Assembly (NCBI GenBank): GCA_964535675.1
Contig: CAZHTD010000001.1
Coordinates: 69,700 to 133,699 of the forward strand
Reading direction: 5' to 3'
DNA from: an uncultured Bifidobacteriaceae bacterium
GTDB lineage: Bacteria; Acidobacteriota; Vicinamibacteria; Vicinamibacterales; UBA2999
Length of the DNA: 64,000 bases
Translations under genes and position numbers: made by a program
In this document: positions 45,493-55,199 of the stretch, piece by piece
Layout: every line of letters starts with the position of its first letter
Position numbering within the stretch: the first letter of the stretch is position 1
The notes under the pieces: generated by a model
Told to the model about the DNA's origin: nothing
Databases searched by the model: none
Seen by the model: only the letters and a program-made list of their open reading frames with translations

Positions 45493-46314
45493 TCAGCCCA
45501 GCGCAGGCACGTGGCCCGACAGCAGGTCCCCGAGCGTCGCGGGCAAAAACTGCATGCCGATGTAGAAGGGACCAAAGGCGGCGAACCGGGCGCTGGCCTC
45601 ATCGAACCGCATCTCGTAGATCAGCTTCTTGAACACCAACGGATCGTCGGCGAACAGATCGACGCCCCACTCCCAGTCGTCGAACCCGATCGAGCCCGAG
45701 ATAATCTGCGTGATGCGGCCCGCGTAGTGACGGCCGATCATCCCGTGCTCGCGCATCATCGCGGCCCGGCGGTCGAAGCCTTCGGTGTACCAGTTCTCCG
45801 TTTCGCCCCGCTTCTTGTCCATCGGATAGAAGCAGACGTAGCGACGCGGCGGCACCTTGGTGAACAGGCGACCCATCACGCGCTGCCGCTGCGTCTCCAT
45901 CGCGGCATCGAACGCCTTCGTGAACTCCTCACTGCCGGGTTCGAACGTCTCGCCGAGCTGGGCGTGAAGCTTCCCCGTCAAGTCGTAGAGCCCCAGCTCG
46001 ATCACCGATACGTAGGAGGTGCTGATCTCCAGCATCTCGTGGAGGTCAGTGTGGGCGAGCGCCAGCTGCAGCTTCCCGAGATCGTCGAAGGTACGCCTGA
46101 GGCCGACGATCATCAGATCACCCTTGTGCCCGAGCAGCTGCACCCAAGCAGTGTGGCCATCCTCGGCCGGTACGGCAAGCGCCTGCACCGCCTCCGACGC
46201 GATCCGCCGACGCTCCCCGTCTGACAAGGCCCGCATGCGGCCCCAACGCACGCGGCACATCAAGTGCAGCAGGCTCCAGCCGTCGAGCGTCGCGGGCACG
46301 AGCGGATTGTGCAT
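45493..46314 (-). CDS. hemQ: chlorite-dismutase-family coproheme decarboxylase (HemQ/ChdC)
   Basis: VCFYPMDKKR...NWY, MMREHGMIGRHYAG and SIGFDDWEWGVDLF motifs characteristic of HemQ. Confidence 0.8.
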   Translation of the reverse strand: MHNPLVPATLDGWSLLHLMCRVRWGRMRALSDGERRRIASEAVQALAVPAEDGHTAWVQLLGHKGDLMIVGLRRTFDDLGKLQLALAHTDLHEMLEISTSYVSVIELGLYDLTGKLHAQLGETFEPGSEEFTKAFDAAMETQRQRVMGRLFTKVPPRRYVCFYPMDKKRGETENWYTEGFDRRAAMMREHGMIGRHYAGRITQIISGSIGFDDWEWGVDLFADDPLVFKKLIYEMRFDEASARFAAFGPFYIGMQFLPATLGDLLSGHVPALG

Positions 46315-46325
46315 AGGCGCCTATG

Positions 46326-49300
46326 CTACTCCGCCTGCCGAGTGAGCATCGCCGCCGCGGGGCCCGCCGCGTGCCCGGACGCGCCTCCGACCACGCGTGC
46401 CAGGGCGTCCCGCCAGCCGGCCATGATGTCGTAGAAGGTCGGGATCACCAGCAGCGTGAGCAGCGTCGATGTGATCAGGCCACCGATCACCGTGATGCCG
46501 AGCGGCGCGCGGAAATCCGCACCCTCGCCGATGCCGAGCGACACCGGCACCATGCCCGCGATCAGCGCGAAGCTCGTCATGATGATCGGGCGCAGCCGGA
46601 CGCGGCCCGCCTGGATGATGGCCTCGCGCCGCGACAGGCCACGTTCCTGCAAGACTTTGGCGAAGTCGATGAGGAGGATCGCGTTCTTCGCGACGATCCC
46701 CATCAGGAGCATCACGCCCATCATGCTCATGAGGTTGAGCGTGTTGCCAGTCAGCAGCAGAGCCAGTACCACGCCGATGAGTGAGAGGGGCAGCGAGAAG
46801 AGAATCGGCAGTGGATCGACGAACGACCCGAACTGCAGCACCAGCACGAAGTACATCAGGAGCAAAGCGATCCCCAGCGCCAGCGCCGTCTGCCCAAAGA
46901 TTTCGGCCTGCTGCTCGGTCTCGCCCCCCTGCCGCAGCGTGTAACCTAACGGCAGTTCCACAGCCTCGTCGACCTGCGCCATGATGCTGCTGACGACCTC
47001 GGAGAGCGCAAGACCCTCGACGTTGGCCTCGATCGTCACCACGCGCTCGCTGTCGAGGTGATCGATCTGTGCCGGCCCGACCGAGGGTACCAAGCGCGCG
47101 ACTTGGCCGAGGGGAATCGTCACGGGTCCGTCGGGCCCGCCGCCGAGCACGAGCGGCAGCGCCTCGAGGTCCTGCACGCGGGTGCGCGACTCTGGCCGCA
47201 AGCGGATGGTCACGTCGCGCGTCTCGCCCGACGGATCGATCCAGTCACCGACGTCGATGCCGGCAAAGGCCGGCCGTAGCGCCTGCGCCACCTGACCGAC
47301 GGTGACGCCAAGCGCACCCGCCAAGCCGCGGTCCAGCTCGACGTTAAGCTCGGGCTTCTGGCCGCGGGTGGACAGTCCCACGTCCACCGCGCCGGGCACC
47401 TGCCGCATCTCTGCCGCGATCCGGTCGGCGAGGTTGGCCAGCACGTCAGCGTCCGGCCCCTGCAGCTGGAGCTGGATTGCCTTCTGGTCACCGTTGAATC
47501 CCGTCGCGATCGACGCAGTCACCCCATTGAGCTGGGTAAGCTCGCGGCGGATGTCGGCGACGATCTCCGACTGGTGTCGCTCGCGCTCGCTGCGTCGCGA
47601 CAGCTTGACGTAGACTTGGCCCTCGTCCACGGCCCCACCCTGCCCGCCGACGGTGGTGAACGTGTAGAGCACCTCAGGGCGCTGTCGGGCGACCCGGCTG
47701 ATCTCGACGGCCTGCCGCCGCGAGTACTCGACGTTGGAACCCGGGGGCGTCTCCATCTGGATGAAGAACTCCGCCGCGTCCGAGTCCGGGGTGGCCGCCG
47801 AACCGACGATACCGACGGCCGGCATCGCCAGTGCACCGCCGAAAGCGACCAGCGCGAGGAGGACCATCGCCAAGCGGCGTCTGAGTGCCCAGCCGATTAC
47901 CTTGGTGTAGTTGTCCGCCTGCCGGTCGAACCACTGGTTGAACCGGTACAGCACGCGAGAGACCCAGGCCCGCTGCGCGATGGGAGTCGGTGGGTCGGGC
48001 CAGTAGGCCGACAGCATCGGGTCGAGCGAGAACGAGACGAACAGCGACACCAGCACCGCCGCAGCAATCGTCAGCCCGAACGGCATGAAGAACTGGCCGG
48101 GCAGCCCGCCCATGAACGCAATGGGAATGAATACCACGATGATGGACATCGTCGTGGCCGTCACCGCCCGGCCGATCTCGTTGGTGCCAATAAACGATGC
48201 CCGGTAGTGACTGTTGCCCATTTCGACGTGGCGTACGATGTTCTCGCGCACGACGATCGCATCGTCGATAAGGATGCCGATGGCGAGCGAGAGCCCCATC
48301 AGCGACATCGTGTTCAGCGTGAAGCCGAACGCCCAGACCGAGATGAATGAGGCCAGCACCGACACGGGCAGTGCTAGGCCGGTGATCACGGTCGAGCGCC
48401 ACGAGTTCAGAAAGAGGAACACGACGAACACGGTGAGCGCGGCGCCCTCAAGCAACGCGTTGCGCACGTTGGCTACCGAGGTGTCCACCGCGATTCCAGT
48501 GTCGCGCACGATCCGCAGCGTCACGCCGGGCGGCAGCGTCGGTTGGATCGCCTCCACCTCGGTGCGGATCGCGTCGGCCACGGCGCTCGTGCTGAAGCCG
48601 CTCGACTTGAGCACGTTGATGCCGACGGCCGGCTCCTCGTTGAAGAGCGACGCAGACCGGGGCTCCTCGGTACCGTCGCGTACGTCGGCAACGTCGCCGA
48701 GGCGCACGACGCGGCCGTCGGTTTCCGACACCACGACCCGTGCGAAATCGGCGGGTGTGTCGAGCCGTCCCAGCAGGCGAATCGTGCGCTCGTCGAGCTC
48801 ACCGGAGAGGCGTCCAACCGGTGCGGAGAGGTTCTGTGTCTGCAGGGCCAGTGCCACGTCGCCGATGCTGACCTCCAGCGCCTCGAGATCGCGCGGGCGC
48901 AGCTCGACGGTCAGCTCCCGCTCCACGCCCCCGACGACGTCGACCTGGGCGACGCCCGCTAGGCTCCGCAGGCGGCGCGTGATGCCGGGGTCGGCCAGCT
49001 GGGTCAGTTCTGGCCCCGTCAGGCCGGGCGAGGCCAGCGACAGCGACATGATCGGCTGGTCTGTCGGCGAGAACCGTGTGAGAATCGGCTCCTCGATCTC
49101 GGGCGGCAGCTGGTTCCGGATGCCCGAGATCTCGTCGCGGATCTCCTGCGCGGCTTCCTGCATGTCCTTCGCGAAGATGAACTGCGCGATGATGGTGCCG
49201 AACCCGTCGAGGGAGTTTGACTGCATCCGGTCAAGGCCGCTGATCCCCGAGATGACCTCCTCGATGGGATCAATGACCTCGCGCTCCACCACGTCGGGCG

Positions 49301-49463
49301 AGGCCCCGGGGTACGGGATGGCGACCGCGACTACCCCCGGATTCACCTCGGGGAACTCGTCTAGGTCCAGTTGGAAGAGCGCCGCGAGCCCGAACACCAC
49401 GAGGGCCAGCATGGAGACCAGCGTGATGACGGGGCCCTTGATGGCGGTATCGGAAATCCACAC
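46326..49463 (-). CDS. RND efflux transporter permease (AcrB/HAE family)
   Basis: 1045 aa, 12-TM RND architecture with two large periplasmic loops. Confidence 0.95.
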   Translation of the reverse strand: MWISDTAIKGPVITLVSMLALVVFGLAALFQLDLDEFPEVNPGVVAVAIPYPGASPDVVEREVIDPIEEVISGISGLDRMQSNSLDGFGTIIAQFIFAKDMQEAAQEIRDEISGIRNQLPPEIEEPILTRFSPTDQPIMSLSLASPGLTGPELTQLADPGITRRLRSLAGVAQVDVVGGVERELTVELRPRDLEALEVSIGDVALALQTQNLSAPVGRLSGELDERTIRLLGRLDTPADFARVVVSETDGRVVRLGDVADVRDGTEEPRSASLFNEEPAVGINVLKSSGFSTSAVADAIRTEVEAIQPTLPPGVTLRIVRDTGIAVDTSVANVRNALLEGAALTVFVVFLFLNSWRSTVITGLALPVSVLASFISVWAFGFTLNTMSLMGLSLAIGILIDDAIVVRENIVRHVEMGNSHYRASFIGTNEIGRAVTATTMSIIVVFIPIAFMGGLPGQFFMPFGLTIAAAVLVSLFVSFSLDPMLSAYWPDPPTPIAQRAWVSRVLYRFNQWFDRQADNYTKVIGWALRRRLAMVLLALVAFGGALAMPAVGIVGSAATPDSDAAEFFIQMETPPGSNVEYSRRQAVEISRVARQRPEVLYTFTTVGGQGGAVDEGQVYVKLSRRSERERHQSEIVADIRRELTQLNGVTASIATGFNGDQKAIQLQLQGPDADVLANLADRIAAEMRQVPGAVDVGLSTRGQKPELNVELDRGLAGALGVTVGQVAQALRPAFAGIDVGDWIDPSGETRDVTIRLRPESRTRVQDLEALPLVLGGGPDGPVTIPLGQVARLVPSVGPAQIDHLDSERVVTIEANVEGLALSEVVSSIMAQVDEAVELPLGYTLRQGGETEQQAEIFGQTALALGIALLLMYFVLVLQFGSFVDPLPILFSLPLSLIGVVLALLLTGNTLNLMSMMGVMLLMGIVAKNAILLIDFAKVLQERGLSRREAIIQAGRVRLRPIIMTSFALIAGMVPVSLGIGEGADFRAPLGITVIGGLITSTLLTLLVIPTFYDIMAGWRDALARVVGGASGHAAGPAAAMLTRQAE

Positions 49464-49475
49464 GGCGTGCCTGCC

Positions 49476-50618
49476 CTACGGGGTGCCGATGTCCAGGCTG
49501 ACCGCCGTGCCGGGGGCGATGCCCTGAGCCGCGCCACGCAGCAGCACGTCACCGGGCTCAAGGCCCGATGTCACCTGCAGCCGCTCGGTCTGCGGATCGC
49601 GCAGGCCCAGCGTCACCGGCACGCGCTCGGTCACACCGTCGCGTACACGCAGCACCCAAGTGCCATCACCCACCTGGTTGATCGCGTTCTCGGGCACCAC
49701 GGTCCCGCGCGCCGACGTCTGCACGACGCGGCCCTCGGCAAACAGGCCTGACACTAGCCGTGTCCTGGTGTTGGGGATTGAGACGAAGATCGACGCCAAC
49801 CGCGTGGAGGAATCTACCAGTGGACTAATTCGCGCGATCCGGCCCTCGAAGGTGTCCGCGGCACCGCGCACCTGGAACTGCACGCGCGTCCCGACCTCCA
49901 GATCAGCGATGCGCTCGGAGGGCACTGAAGCCTGCAGCTCCAACGTCGACGGGTCGACGATCGTCACCACGGCCGTGCCCGGTGACACCACGTCGCCAAC
50001 ACTCACCTGCCGCTCGGCCACGACGCCCGCGATGGGCACGCGCAGCACGGTGTCGGCGAGCTGTCGCTCCGCCGCCACTAGGCGGGCTTGGGCGTCGACC
50101 ACCTGCGCCTCGGCGACGGTCATCTGCGCCAGCGCCGCAGTAGCATTCTGCCGCACCACATCGAGATCGCGCTGGGCTAGCGCGCCGGCCTCCACCAGCT
50201 CGCCGGTACGCTCCAGCTCCCGTTGCCAGACCGCGAGCTGAGCCTCGGCCGACATCAGCTGCGCCTCAGCCGACCGCACCGCCGACTCGGCGGAGCGCCG
50301 GGCATCGTCGAGCGCCCGAGTATCGAGGCGGGCGACGAGATCGCCCACGCGCACGCTCTGCCCCTCCTCGAGGGGCGCCTCAAGCACGGCGCCGCCCAGC
50401 TCGGCCCGCACCGTGGCTTGGCGTTGCGCACGTAACTCACCTGACACGATCGGCCCCACCTGCACTTCGCCGGTTCCCACGCGGACGACGTTCTCACCGC
50501 CAATCTGAATTTGCGCCGGCTCGTCCAACCTGACCGCCTCGGGCGCTGGTCCACAACCGGCTAGTGCCGTCGCCAACGCCAAGGCGCCAGCCCTCCATCG
50601 CAATTCCGCCGCACTCAC
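49476..50618 (-). CDS. RND efflux periplasmic adaptor (membrane fusion protein), lipoprotein
   Basis: Lipobox LAGC; coiled-coil hairpin (AEAQL...AEAQV), lipoyl and beta-barrel segments. Confidence 0.9.
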   Translation of the reverse strand: MSAAELRWRAGALALATALAGCGPAPEAVRLDEPAQIQIGGENVVRVGTGEVQVGPIVSGELRAQRQATVRAELGGAVLEAPLEEGQSVRVGDLVARLDTRALDDARRSAESAVRSAEAQLMSAEAQLAVWQRELERTGELVEAGALAQRDLDVVRQNATAALAQMTVAEAQVVDAQARLVAAERQLADTVLRVPIAGVVAERQVSVGDVVSPGTAVVTIVDPSTLELQASVPSERIADLEVGTRVQFQVRGAADTFEGRIARISPLVDSSTRLASIFVSIPNTRTRLVSGLFAEGRVVQTSARGTVVPENAINQVGDGTWVLRVRDGVTERVPVTLGLRDPQTERLQVTSGLEPGDVLLRGAAQGIAPGTAVSLDIGTP

Positions 50619-52327
50619 TGCACACCTCCCACGCCGCCGGGCTGCGCCCCCGCGCTCGCAAATTGGCCCCCGGGCGCTGGGGCCGGCGGTGCAGGCGCGG
50701 CGGGTGCGGCCGGGGCCACTGGCACGAGAACGGGAATACCGGTACCCCCGCCGGCACCAAGGGGAAGATCGGGCAAGAGCGCCACGCGGACACGTGCCAC
50801 TTGGTAATCACGGGCTGCCTGGGCCCGACTCACTTCGGCCTGCTGCAGCTGGAGCCGCGCATCGGACAGCTCCACCTGCGTGGAAACGCCCGCCGCGTAC
50901 CGCACGTCAGCGATGCCGTAGGCCCGCGCGGCCTGCTCCACGGTGCCAGCCGTCGCCTCCCAAGTCGCCCGTGCGGCCACCAGTTCTGTCCACGCGACCC
51001 GCGTATCGAGGGCGGCCAGTTCCTCAATCTGCCGGGCCTGCAACCGCGCCTGCTCAAGCTCGGCCCGAGCCACCGCCTCATCAGCCGCCTGCCGACCGCC
51101 AGTGAGGATCGGCACCTGCACGCTCGCGCCGATGGTCCAGCTCGTCCGGAAGTCCAACCACGACGGGAAGGCCCCGGACGGATACGCTACGCGACCGTAG
51201 GTCGAGTTCATGGTGACGCTTGGCCTACGCTGCGCACTCACCAGCGAGAGTGCCACCTCGCGCGCCTGCACCGCCAGTGAGCCTTCCTGCACGGCGGTGC
51301 GCACCGGCTCGGTGGCCGCGCTAGTGACAGCGGCACGTACAGGATCGACGGCACGGACCTGTGCCTCGACCTCGGCCACGCGCGCGGCAAAGACTGGCAC
51401 GGGCGGCAGCGTGTCGTCACTCAGCGCGTCGGCCAGCTGCAGATCGTAGTTGGCAGGCAGGTCGAGCAGCTGCCGCAGGCGCAGGAGCGCCACCTCGTGG
51501 CTCACGCGCTGGCGGATGAGCGTCGGCGCCTGGGCATTCAGCGTCACACGCGCTCGCACCACCTCGAACTCGGGCTGCGAGCCGACGCGAAAGCCCGCCT
51601 CGACCTGGCGCAGGGTCGCCTCTGCTTGGCCGACCGACGCCTCGGCAATCCGTACGAGCCGTGCGCCGAGCACCGCGTCGTAGTACGCTTGGGCCACGTC
51701 GAACAACAGCTCCGCGCGTGCGGTCGTCAGCCCCAGCTCCGCGGCGCGCATGCCAACCTCGGCCGCCCGCGCCTGCGCACCGAGCCGGCCACCCGAGTAC
51801 AGGTTCTGCGAAAACGACAACGTCAGCCGCCAGGTGTTGGCCTGACCGAACGGCAGGTCCTCGAAGGCACCGCCCTCAGCGTCCGTGGTAGGCTCTGGCG
51901 GGGCCAGTAGGTTCTCGCCGCCAGCATCACAATCGACGGCGCGCTCAAGCTCGACCAGACGCTCGGCGAACGTCGCTGCGGCGTCAGGCGCAAACGGCGC
52001 ACATGACGGCCCACCGACCCCCCCGAAGTCGTCGAACACGCCCTCGAACTCCGATGCGAGTGCGCGGTCGTAGCTACCGACCAGCGTCAGCTGCGGCGAC
52101 AGGCCGTCTCCCACCCGTGCGATTTCTCCTTCGGCGCGTGCGATGCCCGCGCGCGCCAAGGCCAGCGTCTCGCTCCTGGCCTCGGCCAGCTCGAGCACAG
52201 CAACAAGCGTTAGCGGCCCAGGGGGCACGGTCTGCGCGGTAGCCAACGCAGGTACGGTCAGGGCCGTCAGCGCCAGCACCGCCATCCGGCCGCCACGCCG
52301 GCAGCGGTTTCGAATCGATTCAGGCAT
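50615..52327 (-). CDS. TolC-family outer-membrane efflux protein with Pro/Ala-rich C-terminal tail
   Basis: Signal peptide (MAVLALTALTVPALATAQ within the N-terminus) and two TolC repeat halves. The ATG at 52327 overlaps the TetR stop; the ORF is open to 52447. Confidence 0.85.
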   Translation of the reverse strand: MPESIRNRCRRGGRMAVLALTALTVPALATAQTVPPGPLTLVAVLELAEARSETLALARAGIARAEGEIARVGDGLSPQLTLVGSYDRALASEFEGVFDDFGGVGGPSCAPFAPDAAATFAERLVELERAVDCDAGGENLLAPPEPTTDAEGGAFEDLPFGQANTWRLTLSFSQNLYSGGRLGAQARAAEVGMRAAELGLTTARAELLFDVAQAYYDAVLGARLVRIAEASVGQAEATLRQVEAGFRVGSQPEFEVVRARVTLNAQAPTLIRQRVSHEVALLRLRQLLDLPANYDLQLADALSDDTLPPVPVFAARVAEVEAQVRAVDPVRAAVTSAATEPVRTAVQEGSLAVQAREVALSLVSAQRRPSVTMNSTYGRVAYPSGAFPSWLDFRTSWTIGASVQVPILTGGRQAADEAVARAELEQARLQARQIEELAALDTRVAWTELVAARATWEATAGTVEQAARAYGIADVRYAAGVSTQVELSDARLQLQQAEVSRAQAARDYQVARVRVALLPDLPLGAGGGTGIPVLVPVAPAAPAAPAPPAPAPGGQFASAGAQPGGVGGVQ

Positions 52328-52934
52328 GACGATGTGTCGTCTCCTCGACGGGGATGAGGGTGGATCCGATGGCACGAAGAAACAGGGCGACGTAGACGCG
52401 CGGCGCTTCCTCGGGGGGAAACGGCGGCGTCTCCGGCGCGATGTCACGGAAGATAGCGTCGAGAAAGAGTGTGCCCATCAGCATGCTCGACGCCGCGTGC
52501 ACGTCCCACTCGCCCTCGAGCCGAATGAGCCCCAGCTCACGCGCGCGCGTGAGGTAACGCCGCAGGCCGTGCGAGACGTTGTTGGGCACCTCGCGCGTCA
52601 GCGGAGCCACCTCGGGATTGGCGACGCACTCGCCGAACGTCGTCCGCATCAGCCCGCGGAACCGCGAGAGGTGTGCGTAGGCCGCCTCGGCCCATGTGGT
52701 CAACTCCACGCTCACGTCGCCAGGCAACTCGGGAAGAGCTGGCAACAGCACTTGGCCGGCGTGCCAATGCATCGACTCACGAATAAGTGTGTCCTTCGAC
52801 CCAAAGTGTCGAAAAATCGTCACCTCGTTGACCCCTGCGGCCTCGGCAATCCGACGGGTAGTTGCCCCACGCGTTCCGAGCTCGGTCACGACGTCCACAG
52901 CGGCTGCAAGAATCTTGAGTCTTATGCTATCCAT
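52320..52934 (-). CDS. TetR/AcrR-family transcriptional regulator
   Basis: HTH TTRRIAEAAGVNEVTIFRHFGSKDTL; first gene of the efflux operon. Confidence 0.85.
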   Translation of the reverse strand: MDSIRLKILAAAVDVVTELGTRGATTRRIAEAAGVNEVTIFRHFGSKDTLIRESMHWHAGQVLLPALPELPGDVSVELTTWAEAAYAHLSRFRGLMRTTFGECVANPEVAPLTREVPNNVSHGLRRYLTRARELGLIRLEGEWDVHAASSMLMGTLFLDAIFRDIAPETPPFPPEEAPRVYVALFLRAIGSTLIPVEETTHRHA

Positions 52935-52945
52935 CTCTGGTATTA

Positions 52946-52971
52946 GTGGCAAGCAAGTGCTTGCTTACCAC
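52946..52971. promoter_or_regulatory. candidate TetR operator (near-perfect 26-bp palindrome)
   Basis: GTGGCAAGCAAG-TG-CTTGCTTACCAC with perfect 7-bp core arms AAGCAAG/CTTGCTT, 12-37 nt upstream of the TetR start. Confidence 0.4.
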
Positions 52972-53031
52972 CAAACATATCATACTGCGCAGCAACAACG
53001 GATTCCAAGTGCAAGCTCCGGGCTCGTCAGA

Positions 53032-53722
53032 CAACAGCCGGTCGAGCTCGGGCAGGATCCGCTCGGCGACGTCCTGAATGGCCACATCAACCGAGGCCGG
53101 CGTCGCCTCCGGGGCGATCTCGGCCCGACCGCGCCGCGGCCTCGTGAAGGAACCCGGCGGCCGGGTAAACCACCGCCCAGGTCTCTGTCCCAATGAAGAC
53201 GTCGCTGAAAGTCGCCTCACGCACCGCAGGGATCGCATCGGCATCGAGCAGCTTCCCAAACCACACCACCGCGGGACGCGCCAGCTCGCCGAGTGCGGGG
53301 AGCGCGGCGACTGCTCGGGCAACCGCGCCCGCGTCTCGGACCACGGGCGCGCACACTGCCACTCCCAGATGGTGCCGTGCAGCCGGACCAGTCACTCGGT
53401 GCCGATCCGCACGACAGGTCATCAAGTTTCTGGGTGATCACACGGCAGGACCGTGCGCCGCGCGACCAAGCGGCCAAGATCTGGTGGGCGGGGTTCGGAA
53501 CACAGCGCGCGATCACCTCGCGGCGCGTACCACCCCGTAGTACCATCGCAGGATCGCACGCGAAAGCCGCGGGCCTCACCAAGGTCCTCCGCACGATAGC
53601 TGTGCCACACTCCATCGGCGCCGTGGAAGGTCGGCACGTCGCTCGTCACCAGCACCGGTGATCAGCGTGATGCGGGCCGGCGACCGGAGCCAGTCCGCCA
53701 GCGCGTCGAGCGGGCGGGTCAT
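53032..53722 (-). pseudogene. Sir2/CobB-family NAD-dependent deacylase, heavily frameshifted
   Basis: Colinear Sir2 motifs are scattered over three frames: ITLITGAG / TSDVPTFHGADGVWHSYRAEDL / FACDP...NPAH...RVITQKLDDL / LVRLHGTIWEWQC / ARPAVVWFG...VVYPAAGF / EIAPEATP. The start ATG overlaps the lysC stop (ATGA). Confidence 0.55.
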
Positions 53723-55146
53723 GAAACGGGTTGAGACTCCCGCTCGAGATGGAACGCGCGGTGCACTGCGCGCACCGCCGCCGGGGCGTCGGCGGCGGTC
53801 ACCACGAGTGAGATGTTGCGCTCGGACGAGCCCTGCGAGATGGCAATCACGTTGATCCCCTCGTCGCTGAGCGCGCCGAACACGGTGGCCGCCACGCCGA
53901 CTTGGCCGTGCATATGGTCGCCGACCGCCGCCACAATCGCGATCTCGCGGTCCTCGACTATCTCGTCTATGTACTCGCGCTCGATCTCGACCTCGAGCGC
54001 CTGCCGCAAGGCCCGAACGACGCGTGGCGCCTCGGCGGCGCCCACGATGAAGCACAAGTTGTTCTCGGAGGAGGCCTGCGACACCATCAGCAGGTCGGCC
54101 TTTTGCGCGGCCACCACACCCAGCGCCTTGGCCGCGATGCCGGGAATGCCCTGTAGCCCGCTCCCCGGACCCGAGAGCGTCAGCATCACGACATTGCGGA
54201 AAGAGGTAACGGCCTTCACACCGCGCGCGTGTGGATCACCGTCCACGGTGACGCGCGTCCCACCGTGTGTCGGCCCGAAGCTGTTGAGGATGCGAACTGG
54301 GATCTGCTTCCGGTAGCACGGCAGGATCGTCTTGTAGTGCAGGACTTTCGCGCCGAAGTAGGCCAGCTCCGAGGCCTCACTGTACGAGAGCTCCGGTAAC
54401 GTACGCGCCTCGGGCACCTCGGCTGGATTGGCGCTCATCACGCCGTTGACGTCGGTCCAGATCCACACCTCGTCGGCGTCGAGCGACGCACCGAGGATCG
54501 ATGCCGAGTAGTCGGAGCCGCCCCGGCCGAGAGTGCTCAGCACACCCTCGGCCGTTGCTGCCAAGAAGCCGGTCACGACCGGGATCTCTCCAGCTGCGAG
54601 CATCGGGCGCAACCGCGTGGCAGCCTTTTCACCGGTAGGCCCCATTAGGGGCTCTGCACCGCCGAAGGTCTCGGTGGTCACGATGAGCTCGGTCGCCTCG
54701 ATCGGCGTGGACGCGCAGCCCCGCGCCGCGATGGCCGCCGAGAGGAGCGGTGCGGAGAGCATCTCGCCGGTAGCCGAGATAGCGTCGAGCAGCCGCGGCG
54801 TCATCTCATGCACCAGCGACAGGCCGAAGCAGAGCTTCTCGAATCGCTCAAGTCGCGACTCCAGCGTCTGCAGCACCGCGGCGTGGCGCTCGGGGTCGCC
54901 ACCGGTGAGCGCATCGGCCGCGTCCTTGTGGCGTTCGAACAACGCCTCGCGTACGGCCGGGTCCCAGCCCCCCGCGGCGGCGTCGTGGGCCGCAGTGATT
55001 AACAGATCGGTCACCTTGGCCATCGCCGAGGTGACCACCACTACCTGGTGACGCCGTTCAGCGGCCTCGACCGCCAGCGTCGCGGCCTGGGCGAGGCGTT
55101 CGGGCGAGCCGACCGAGGTGCCGCCGAACTTCATCACAATCAGCAC
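53719..55146 (-). CDS. lysC: aspartate kinase
   Basis: LIVMKFGGTSVG N-terminus, VVVTSAM, C-terminal ACT-domain region. Start ambiguous between GTG 55146 and ATG 55134; the ORF is open to 55179. Confidence 0.9.
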   Translation of the reverse strand: MLIVMKFGGTSVGSPERLAQAATLAVEAAERRHQVVVVTSAMAKVTDLLITAAHDAAAGGWDPAVREALFERHKDAADALTGGDPERHAAVLQTLESRLERFEKLCFGLSLVHEMTPRLLDAISATGEMLSAPLLSAAIAARGCASTPIEATELIVTTETFGGAEPLMGPTGEKAATRLRPMLAAGEIPVVTGFLAATAEGVLSTLGRGGSDYSASILGASLDADEVWIWTDVNGVMSANPAEVPEARTLPELSYSEASELAYFGAKVLHYKTILPCYRKQIPVRILNSFGPTHGGTRVTVDGDPHARGVKAVTSFRNVVMLTLSGPGSGLQGIPGIAAKALGVVAAQKADLLMVSQASSENNLCFIVGAAEAPRVVRALRQALEVEIEREYIDEIVEDREIAIVAAVGDHMHGQVGVAATVFGALSDEGINVIAISQGSSERNISLVVTAADAPAAVRAVHRAFHLERESQPVS

Positions 55147-55199
55147 AACACCTTTACTTTCGCACAAAAGGTTGCGCACGCCCCCCGTATGATGAGGTC

